A stretch of DNA of 64,000 nucleotides, taken from IMG/VR virus record IMGVR_UViG_3300010311_000130. The stretch is one strand, 5' to 3'. The notes under the pieces were generated by a model. That model was not told where the DNA came from. It saw nothing but the letters and a program-made list of their open reading frames with translations, and did no database searches. A program made the position numbers and the translations under genes. The stretch is from a virus. This document shows, in pieces, positions 38,473-46,437 of this stretch (the stretch's first letter is position 1; every line of letters begins with the position of its first letter).

Positions 38473-40326
38473 CTATTTATAGGATTTAGCCGCACGACCA
38501 AAGAAACAGAGTTCTTCTTCGACTGGCTTCGGCTTGTTTATAATATTGCCACGCCTTAATTCATATAGTCTATGAGCTAACATGATTAAAACGTAGAAGC
38601 GGTCATCGTGCATACGGTTTTCTTTCTCTTTTGACAAAGCATAATTAACCGTTGTCCTTTCCGCATTTTCAGTTTTATGAATTGAAGTAACCTCATTTTT
38701 CATAAGGTCAATTTGTATTAATGCCATTTTTTCATCGTCCGACAACTCATGGTTTACCCATATCTCGTTGCCATCATTGTCTATGCCTTCGATAACTTTT
38801 ATAAAGTCTTGCCCTGAATATTCATACGGGAACTTGATTGCCCCTAAATCCATAAGCTCAATCATTTCTTCAACCATCTGGGTACGATATTTCTTAGGAC
38901 TTATAAGGCGCAGTTTGTCGCAAGCATTAGGGTATCGGCTAACATAGGTTTGATACAACTCATTTGTTTTATCAATAAATCCTCTGTGAGTTTTGCCAAA
39001 CTTATCCGAATAGTCGTTAAGCAATCCGTCGGCATAAGCACTAACACCACCACCGCCAGCACCACTATCAATTTCCAAGATGTCCAGAAATTCATAATCG
39101 GGATTTTGACCGTTATAAAGATTGACAAGTTTGCGCAACTCGTCTAATTGTCTGTTAGAATCAAGTTTATATTTTTGTTTAGTGGCATTATCAATCATGT
39201 TCACGCAGTTGATAATATCACCACACCAACCCAACTCTTTATCTTGGTAAATATTCATAACGCCAATAATAGAGTTATCTGCGGTACGCGCAGGATCGAA
39301 AGCTATAGCTATTTTACTGTTAGGTTTCCAATGTAAAGTAGGTAAATGAAAATTTTCATTTCTGCGAATAGTGTCCCACTTGACAATTTGACTACTTCCA
39401 CCGTCCATAGTGGGCTGATTAAAGTATTCTCTCAAAGCCTTATCTTTATTGCTTTTAAGAGCTGCTTCAACCTTGTCTCTTGTTAACAAAGGAGCATAAG
39501 GTTCACCATTCATATAGGTCTGAATTGCAACATCGCAAATCATGTCACAAACAAAATAATCTCTATCTCCGGCAATCATACGCTTTGCAAAGTTTTTATA
39601 ATGCTTGTAAAATAATTTATCCATTTGGTCTTGTGAAGAAGCATAGACTAATTGCGTAGGCACTTTTCTATGTTCTGCTTCTGGATTATAATTTTCTTCA
39701 GTAGATGTGCTAAAATCGCTATTCTGCAAAGCAAAGGCTTCACAAACTGTAATCAATTCATCTGAGCAAAAGGCACTCTCATCAAAAAAAACCAAGCTGG
39801 CGCGTCGACTTCTCGCAGAATTTGGCTTACTATTTAAGGTCTGAATTGAACTACCATTATAAAATTCAACCTCATATCCTGCTGGATTATGACTAAATCC
39901 ACTTTTGTTGGTTGCTGATTTCTTAGTCTCTTTCTCAACTATATCCTTTAAAGAACGTATAGAAGCAGCGGTTTTACCCATACGTGTAACGATTTCTTCG
40001 AGCTTTGAAAACGTTTCTTTTGCCTGATCTCCGACAGATGATACTATGTATATCGCTTGGTTTTCATAGAGAATAGCCTTTAAAATCATAAGTATCGCGC
40101 CTAAAAATGATTTTCCAAAGTTACGACAGCAACACCACACGCTATGAGATGCGTTCCATGTGCTTTGTAATATCCATTTCTGTGCGTCGACTAATTTAAT
40201 GCCCAATAAATCTTCACAAGCAATGCAGACGTTGCGCCTATAATATGCAATAGACTCAGCGTCTAACTCGCATATCTTTCGTTTTATTGGCGTAAGAATG
40301 ATTTTACGTTTCTTCATTGCCATCAC
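38473..40326 (-). CDS. Terminase large subunit
   Basis: Walker A CRNFGKS, Walker B FFDESAF, coupling YASS, nuclease AFDPAR..DNS and HDDRFY. Confidence 0.92.
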   Translation of the reverse strand: MMAMKKRKIILTPIKRKICELDAESIAYYRRNVCIACEDLLGIKLVDAQKWILQSTWNASHSVWCCCRNFGKSFLGAILMILKAILYENQAIYIVSSVGDQAKETFSKLEEIVTRMGKTAASIRSLKDIVEKETKKSATNKSGFSHNPAGYEVEFYNGSSIQTLNSKPNSARSRRASLVFFDESAFCSDELITVCEAFALQNSDFSTSTEENYNPEAEHRKVPTQLVYASSQDQMDKLFYKHYKNFAKRMIAGDRDYFVCDMICDVAIQTYMNGEPYAPLLTRDKVEAALKSNKDKALREYFNQPTMDGGSSQIVKWDTIRRNENFHLPTLHWKPNSKIAIAFDPARTADNSIIGVMNIYQDKELGWCGDIINCVNMIDNATKQKYKLDSNRQLDELRKLVNLYNGQNPDYEFLDILEIDSGAGGGGVSAYADGLLNDYSDKFGKTHRGFIDKTNELYQTYVSRYPNACDKLRLISPKKYRTQMVEEMIELMDLGAIKFPYEYSGQDFIKVIEGIDNDGNEIWVNHELSDDEKMALIQIDLMKNEVTSIHKTENAERTTVNYALSKEKENRMHDDRFYVLIMLAHRLYELRRGNIINKPKPVEEELCFFGRAAKSYK

Positions 40327-41443
40327 CGTTCTTTAGCTTTTGTATCTCGACAAGCAGTTGCCTCTTTTCTTCCATGAGGTCGTCAACTTTTTCTTGAAGT
40401 TCAACAACCATTTGCCGCTTTATGTCGTTAATCTCACGCATATCATTCTCATCAAAGAATGTATTTTTCTGTATGGCGTTCATTGAAACTTCCGCCGCCC
40501 ACCTTGTACCTGCCGATTTGAGTTGGTCGTAGTAATCGGCTTCTGCTCTGTCAAAATCCTTCTCTCTAAGGTCACGCATAAGATATGTCAATGTAGACTT
40601 GCCTATATCTTTGTTAGACCTGTTCTTTACTGAAATTTCATTCTCCTTTGCAATCTTATCATTCGATTGCACAAGTTTTCCTTTCATCTCGTTTAAGACC
40701 TGAATATCTTTACTATCGGTTAAAGGCTTCAACTGCGCAATAAGCAAATCATATTGTCTTATCTGATTATTGTTATTTACAATCTGAATAATTTGCGATA
40801 ACTTATAATTATCATCAACAACTTCTTCATCGTCTAAATATTTTACAAGTTCGCCAAAGAGATAACGTCTATCGCTTGATTGATAGCCAGCAAACGGATC
40901 GTAACCTATAACTTCTATAACAGTGTCCACATTCTTTCGTTCTTCATCTGTCCAGTTTTCTTCCATCATATCATCAGCTTCTTGTTTTGAGCGTAAAAAC
41001 TGCTCGCTATTAATACTTGACATAACATAATCCACAAATGTGAGATTTTTATTCTGTGATAGATTAAGTCTCTTAATATAGTCACCCAATCTAATATCGC
41101 CAGTATTTTTTTCTTTCATTTGCATATATGTCTTTTCGGAGAAAAACCATCCCATTTCTCCGCAAGTTACAAGAAGCGCAATTTTTTCGTCTTGGTACTT
41201 CTCTCTCATTCTGGCAAAGAAATCATCACAGCAATAAGTACATATATTGCTAAATCCATCATTGCCGTTATATAAAGAATTTTGTATAACCTTAAAAAAC
41301 TTCCCCTCTGGTTCTTGAACAATCTTGCCACAGCAAGAGCATTTGTACAGAGGTGGCAAAGTAGTTGTATCTATTTTGCGATATTTAGGCTTTGCCTTTT
41401 TCTCCAAGGCTTGTTTTGAACCTCTTGCTGGCACTCCACTCAC
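40304..41443 (-). CDS. Zn-finger protein upstream of TerL (possible terminase small subunit)
   Basis: CSCCG...C.YC N-terminal finger, coiled C-terminus, overlaps the TerL start. Confidence 0.55.
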   Translation of the reverse strand: MSGVPARGSKQALEKKAKPKYRKIDTTTLPPLYKCSCCGKIVQEPEGKFFKVIQNSLYNGNDGFSNICTYCCDDFFARMREKYQDEKIALLVTCGEMGWFFSEKTYMQMKEKNTGDIRLGDYIKRLNLSQNKNLTFVDYVMSSINSEQFLRSKQEADDMMEENWTDEERKNVDTVIEVIGYDPFAGYQSSDRRYLFGELVKYLDDEEVVDDNYKLSQIIQIVNNNNQIRQYDLLIAQLKPLTDSKDIQVLNEMKGKLVQSNDKIAKENEISVKNRSNKDIGKSTLTYLMRDLREKDFDRAEADYYDQLKSAGTRWAAEVSMNAIQKNTFFDENDMREINDIKRQMVVELQEKVDDLMEEKRQLLVEIQKLKNGDGNEET

Positions 41444-41452
41444 TCCTTTAAA

Positions 41453-42391
41453 TCATGTTCTAATCTCATTTAAAAATTCCATAAATGTCACGCTCGGTAT
41501 CAAACTGCACTGTTGCTTCATTATCGGCAAAAATACTCTCGTGATTTCCTCGTCGCTTACATTTGCTGTATACTTATCAGCCAGTTTCCAATACTCTCTG
41601 CAAGCCGCCAGATAATCGTCCTTATTCTCAGGCGTGTCATCCAGTACGATTTGATAATAGTAATACACCATCACCAAATTTTGCAAAATACGACGCACAA
41701 CCTTTTCACCGCCCATGCCACGCTTTTCGCAGTCACAGATATACTCAGCCGAAGCCACCACAAACTGCTTCTTGTTTTTATAAGGGCTTTCATGTGTCAC
41801 GCTCTTTGCGTTGTCTCGCCACATATAGCCACAAAACGGCACATATGCCACCTTGCCACCCACATCAATGAGTAACTGGTGAAACTCCATATCCTCATTT
41901 ATGCGAAGCTTCTCGTTGAAAAACAAATTGTTATCAATCAAGAATTGTCGCCTATAATATTTGTTGTGACACCAAACTGGCGACTTCTCAATTTTCTTAA
42001 TGGCAATCCCGTTGTCCTGCCGCATTTCGCTTTCAAAGTCTCCTGCGAGCATATCAACCTTCTCAGACTTGATTTTGTTATACATAATTTCTAAGGTGAT
42101 TGGGCTTGTGAACTGATCGTCGGAATCAATAAAAGTTATATAGTCGGCTGTTGCATATCTAATTCCTGAGTTTCTGGCAGCTCCACCCCCACCGTTATGG
42201 TCGCGTTGTACGTATACAATATTCAAGTCATTAAACTTGCGTAATATATCCGAGTAATTGATGTCATCTGCGTCGTTTACTACAAGTATCTCTATATCGC
42301 CAGCAATGCTCTGCATGGCGATAGAATGTAATGTTTTTGCAATTGTCTCTCTTGCTTTGAAGCAAGGTATAATAACACTTAATTTTGGCAT
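41453..42391 (-). CDS. Glycosyltransferase family 2
   Basis: LSVIIPCFK, VNDAD, GGGAARNSG, FIDSDD (DxD) and NEDMEF motifs. Confidence 0.92.
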   Translation of the reverse strand: MPKLSVIIPCFKARETIAKTLHSIAMQSIAGDIEILVVNDADDINYSDILRKFNDLNIVYVQRDHNGGGGAARNSGIRYATADYITFIDSDDQFTSPITLEIMYNKIKSEKVDMLAGDFESEMRQDNGIAIKKIEKSPVWCHNKYYRRQFLIDNNLFFNEKLRINEDMEFHQLLIDVGGKVAYVPFCGYMWRDNAKSVTHESPYKNKKQFVVASAEYICDCEKRGMGGEKVVRRILQNLVMVYYYYQIVLDDTPENKDDYLAACREYWKLADKYTANVSDEEITRVFLPIMKQQCSLIPSVTFMEFLNEIRT

Positions 42392-42448
42392 ATCGCCACT
42401 CCTTTAATTCAAATTGGTGCGCCGTCCAACATCATTGCAGTCGGACAA

Positions 42449-42472
42449 CACAAAAGCCCCGACAATCGGGGC
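42449..42472 (-). terminator. Intrinsic terminator after the recombinase gene
   Basis: Minus strand GCCCCGA TTG TCGGGGC TTTTGT. Confidence 0.7.
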
Positions 42473-42518
42473 ATAATAGGAGGAATTATAAATTGTAGAT
42501 TTCTAATAAAATGTGGGT

Positions 42519-43523
42519 TTAAACAAGACCAAACATCTCGTCGATTTCTTCTTCGTCGTGATTCATCAAATATCCTTGTGTAGTTGATATATCACTATGG
42601 TGAAGTGCTTTTGAAATTTGATCTATTGTAAACACCTTTGGTTTACCATTCTCGTCTAAAAGCCTTGTGTCTGTTCCTTGTTTCAAACACTCAGCACGAG
42701 AATGTCTCATTGTATGACAGAAGATATTACAAGGTTCACCTCTAACCTGTGAAAAGATATTTGAGATAGAAACCATTCTATTGTACAGGCAATCCTTTGT
42801 AATCTCCGTCTTAGTATCTCCAACAATCTTTACCCATAATGATTCAATATCATCATCGCCACGCTGTTCAAGATACTTTGCTATTAAATCTCTTGTATCG
42901 TCAAGATAAACGAGAGGGAATTTCTTGCCGCGTTTGCCGACAACTATATTTGTCTTATTGCCCTCTGTCAGACCTTGCTTCTTCACTTGATATAATTCAT
43001 TCTTACGGGCAGCAGAATCAAAACCGAGACTTAGCAGAACAGCGTCTTGTAATCTGCCTTTCTCTACGAGTATATCTCTCACTTTAATGAACTCATCAAA
43101 TGTAAAGAAGAAGTCATCGTCATTGTCTCTTACTCTTTCTCTTGGGAGTCCTTTGACTTTCTTAGCAAGATTGTTGTCGTATTCATAGTCATCATCTTCT
43201 TCAGCAAAGGTAAGTATAGAATTAATAGTTGCCTTCAAGCGATTAACTCTCGCAGATGACATTTGCTTTTCTTCTGAGAACCACAAACTCATACCACGAA
43301 AATCTTTCTTCTTTAACTCAAGGAGACTGCGATTTCCGAGTTGTTGTAAAACATAAATCAGTATATACCTACCATCTTGAAAATAAGCGTCGATTGTTGA
43401 TTTAGCCTTCTTTCTCTGGCGATACTCCGCTAAGAAATCTTCAAGCAGAGCCTTGTTGTCTGGGTTGACTTGTTCCCATAATTCGGGTGTATAAATCTTA
43501 TTATAGATTCTTCCACGTTTCAC
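42519..43523 (-). CDS. Tyrosine recombinase (XerC/D-like)
   Basis: Catalytic R (SAARKNE), K (GKRGK), H..RH (CHTMRH), H (LHHSD) and Y (TTQGY). Confidence 0.9.
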   Translation of the reverse strand: MKRGRIYNKIYTPELWEQVNPDNKALLEDFLAEYRQRKKAKSTIDAYFQDGRYILIYVLQQLGNRSLLELKKKDFRGMSLWFSEEKQMSSARVNRLKATINSILTFAEEDDDYEYDNNLAKKVKGLPRERVRDNDDDFFFTFDEFIKVRDILVEKGRLQDAVLLSLGFDSAARKNELYQVKKQGLTEGNKTNIVVGKRGKKFPLVYLDDTRDLIAKYLEQRGDDDIESLWVKIVGDTKTEITKDCLYNRMVSISNIFSQVRGEPCNIFCHTMRHSRAECLKQGTDTRLLDENGKPKVFTIDQISKALHHSDISTTQGYLMNHDEEEIDEMFGLV

Positions 43524-43553
43524 ATTGTCATCTCCTTACGCTCATTTTGTTAA

Positions 43554-44598
43554 TTATTTTCCGAAAAGATTATAATTTGAACAAATTTCTTTTGCTACAA
43601 GTTTGTTTTCTGATATTGCATTAAGTATTTTTCGCATATAAGAATAGTTTTCTATATACTCTTGTAACTGCTCAAAAGTATTGTTGTAAGTACCATATAT
43701 ATTATGAAATGAACCTGCAATAAACGGATTATGACAAAGTTCACATAGGGTAATGCCGTTATCTATATCTAACGCCAAATCTTTATGCTGGGCATAATTT
43801 TTTATGCGATGGGCATTAAGGTTTATGTGACCGCCACAACATTGACAAGTATAATTATCTCTTTGTAAAACAGATTTTCTCCACACTTTTAGCGTTTCAG
43901 ACTGTCTGTGTTTATAATTAGGAGATAATGTACGAGGTCTGCGTATATCAAATTGATTAGAAAATAATTTGTTATTAAGGATATAGTAAGATTTTTCACC
44001 TATTTTTTGAATTGAAAATACAGGCTCATTATTGGCAATAAAAGTTTTGTACCGAGCGTGAATATTCCTATCTGCGGTGATTCCAAAAAGAGAAAAAACA
44101 ATCCTTTATCGACAATTCTTGATTGTTCAAAATAAACCTATTTCTTTCAAAATCGTATAAAGGCAAGCATCTAAACATATAAGACATTGTTTTGTGACTG
44201 TGTAAATCAACGGAGAAATACAAATCTCGAAACATATTAATATTTATCAGCATTGCTACTTTATCATTTTCTTTTATATCTCTCGTATCTCTTGAAACAA
44301 GAGAATTAGGCAATTTGATACTTTGAGTTTGTTCATCTATTTCAAAAAGTTTTGCGTCCAAACATTCTTTATAAAAACTTCTAAACGTATCTTCTTTCAA
44401 CTTCAAACGCTCTTTGCACATTTCCTTTGTCATTAAAGCGTTATTTCCGGACTTTAATGTTCCGTCATAACTCAGAAATGTAGCCATATACAAATACCGT
44501 ATATAGTTTGAAGAAGATATTCCCCAATCAACAATTTTATTTCTATCAAAAGACAATCTTATGAATTTCTCCATACACACCATTTCCAATCTCACCAT
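43554..44598 (-). pseudogene. wHTH protein fused to an HNH endonuclease, split by a homopolymer frameshift at 44093-44098
   Basis: Removing one T from the T6 run joins ORF 44068-44598 to an open frame (DCFSLFG...) that continues into WRKSVLQRDNYTCQCCG...AHRI...NGITLC..CH. Confidence 0.8.
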
Positions 44599-44696
44599 TC
44601 AAAGATTATAAAGGCAGAAGTGAATGGTGACACTTGTCAAGAGAATGATCGGTTCTCTCTATCTGCCTTTAATGCTTATAGCGTTGACGACACGCT

Positions 44697-44742
44697 TGGT
44701 CACGGTGGACTGAGTTGCACAGTCACTTAAACTCCTACCGTG
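44697..44742 (-). ncRNA. Armless tRNA-like minihelix ending in ACCA
   Basis: CACGGTA + 11-nt linker + GACTG-TGCAACT-CAGTC + CACCGTG + A-CCA; six acceptor pairs plus one A-C mismatch. Confidence 0.5.
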
Positions 44743-45091
44743 ATAATGCGCACCTTTACATTGTGCTGTAAACGGTATAATGCGCAATATTCAAGCACGA
44801 AAATCAATATGCAAACTGTGCGCACAGCCTACATTATGCAAGAGATGCCTGAAAACTCTTTCCTTGAAAGACCTACCGTGGTACGCTTGCAACAGAGGCA
44901 TGGTAGGTACATTATCTTCTATGAGGTGCAGTTTCGCAAACAGGCGGTCATAAACTCTACCTGAGAGGTACTTGCTACACCCTATTTGGGGCGGACTCTA
45001 AGGAGCGACCTCAGACCAGGCTATCCGCATATAGGCGGCATAATTACTGACTGCCGCCGTGTCAGTGTCGGTTTCCTCCGATAGGAAGGAG

Positions 45092-45167
45092 TGGTGAGCA
45101 ATTCCAGATTTGCACTGAATACTTTGTCATCCTTTGTGACAACGCTTTACTACCAAGCTCATTGCCC
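45092..45167 (-). tRNA. Non-canonical tRNA-like gene, 76 nt, anticodon position AAG
   Basis: Acceptor GGGCAAT/ATTGCTC + A-CCA; D stem GCTT/AAGC; anticodon stem TTGTCA/TGACAA, loop CAAAGGA (A33 instead of U33); T stem TTCAG/CTGGA, loop TGCAAAT. Confidence 0.7.
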
Positions 45168-45249
45168 ATAGGGGACTCTGCCCCTATTACAGATATATTT
45201 TACTTCCCTCTCTTTGGGAAGAATTACAAGCCGACTTGCGGCTATATAA

Positions 45250-45603
45250 TCAATAACAATGCATGAACCAAGACTCGTTATCCAGGAACGAATCGTCCAC
45301 AGTGATAGTGCAACCCACCATATAGCTCTGCATCGGATCAAAATACGGAGTAATAGCAGAACGTGGCACGTAATAACCGTACCAATATTCCGTAGTGTTC
45401 TTATCCGCATTCAGCAGAACGAGAGTGTAGGCTGGCTGTATATTGTAACCATTACTGCAGGTGCCGCACAAATGCTGCCGAAGCACGATGACTTCCGTCT
45501 GCCACCACCAGTGAAATGCCTGTGCCTTACTCGGCTTAACAAATGGAAGAGTGACAAAACACAGTGCGACGCTCATGAAAAGTGCTAAAATCTTATTCTT
45601 CAT
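45250..45603 (-). CDS. Putative secreted protein
   Basis: Sec-type signal peptide MKNKILALFMSVALCFV...KAQA; GAGG RBS. Confidence 0.7.
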   Translation of the reverse strand: MKNKILALFMSVALCFVTLPFVKPSKAQAFHWWWQTEVIVLRQHLCGTCSNGYNIQPAYTLVLLNADKNTTEYWYGYYVPRSAITPYFDPMQSYMVGCTITVDDSFLDNESWFMHCY

Positions 45604-45619
45604 TTTCTACCTCGCTTTC

Positions 45620-45655
45620 GTGAACTACCCGTCGTCTAAAGCCAACGGGCTTCTC
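45620..45655 (-). mobile_element. Orphan IS200/IS605-type right-end hairpin
   Basis: Minus strand GAGAAGCCCGTTGGCTTTAGACGACGGGTAGTTCAC shares GAAGCCC..GGGTAGTTCA with the tnpB right end and GGCTTTAGACG with its left end. Confidence 0.7.
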
Positions 45656-45665
45656 GCTAAATTCT

Positions 45666-46088
45666 TTAAAATACATTTTCAAAAATCTGAGTTTCAATCT
45701 TGAAAGGTATAACCGTTGCGTGTAACGGCAAAGTAAAATTCTTTGCGCTGTACTCCACAAAATACACCCCGTCATCTACATATGCAGACTCGTCATCTAA
45801 AGCCTTTTCACATATGATTTCGCCATTAGCAAACAGAGTGATAAGAGTGTTACCGTCGTATTCTTTAACACACTGAACATCTGCATAAGCTTCATCTGTA
45901 AACTCGCCACGCATAGCAATGCTATTGCCGTTAATGGTAAACGTATTGAGTAACTGGCACACACCCAGCGCATCCTGCCAATTCGCTATAAGGAACGCAA
46001 CTCCATTTTCCATAGCGGAGCGCACAAACTCGGATGTGAAATCCTCATATCTGTCATATCTCTTAAAGGCAGTTTCAGGTATATTCAC
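45666..46088 (-). CDS. Hypothetical protein (paralogue of the next gene)
   Basis: LITLFANGEIICEKA matches LLSYGEEGDIWCQKA of 46089-46436. Confidence 0.7.
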   Translation of the reverse strand: MNIPETAFKRYDRYEDFTSEFVRSAMENGVAFLIANWQDALGVCQLLNTFTINGNSIAMRGEFTDEAYADVQCVKEYDGNTLITLFANGEIICEKALDDESAYVDDGVYFVEYSAKNFTLPLHATVIPFKIETQIFENVF

Positions 46089-46436
46089 TTAGTCCACCAC
46101 CTTTATTGTGCCACCGAGAACAAAATCTTCGGGAACTCTGCTGCCGATAGCAGATATGTCTATGATATATGCGCCTTCACCCTTTGCAACAATGCCACTG
46201 TCGAGAATAGCTTTCTGACACCAGATGTCACCTTCCTCTCCGTAACTGAGAAGCCACGGATCAGCGTAGCCATCCCGATCTTCACGATTGAGCTGAAAGT
46301 TCTCAATATAGGTATCAGGCATAGATATAATAAGCTTTGCTATTTCTTTTGCGTTCTCATAATCAGTGACAAGCGATACGCACTCGCCCTTGCTATGAGC
46401 CTTGAGCATTTTTGCAAATACTTTTGTGGTATTCAT
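46089..46436 (-). CDS. Hypothetical protein
   Basis: Coupled to both neighbours. Confidence 0.7.
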   Translation of the reverse strand: MNTTKVFAKMLKAHSKGECVSLVTDYENAKEIAKLIISMPDTYIENFQLNREDRDGYADPWLLSYGEEGDIWCQKAILDSGIVAKGEGAYIIDISAIGSRVPEDFVLGGTIKVVD

Positions 46437-46437
46437 G

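Noticed and set aside
38473-40326. Intein or intron in the terminase or RNAP genes
   Set aside because: Both proteins are of normal length with contiguous motifs and no splice-junction signatures.
42412-42450. Minus-strand hairpin ending GGCGCACCA that looks like a tRNA 3' end / att core next to the recombinase
   Set aside because: The loop is 9 nt rather than 7 and no complementary acceptor 5' strand exists upstream; not enough for a tRNA or att call.
44600-45091. tmRNA, RNase P RNA or theta/HDV-like ribozyme identity for the structured region
   Set aside because: The acceptor stem lacks G3:U70 and no tag frame was seen; GAGGAAA is not followed by the RNase P GUCC and no CR-V match was found; the pseudoknots lack the P3/L3 element of HDV-like ribozymes.
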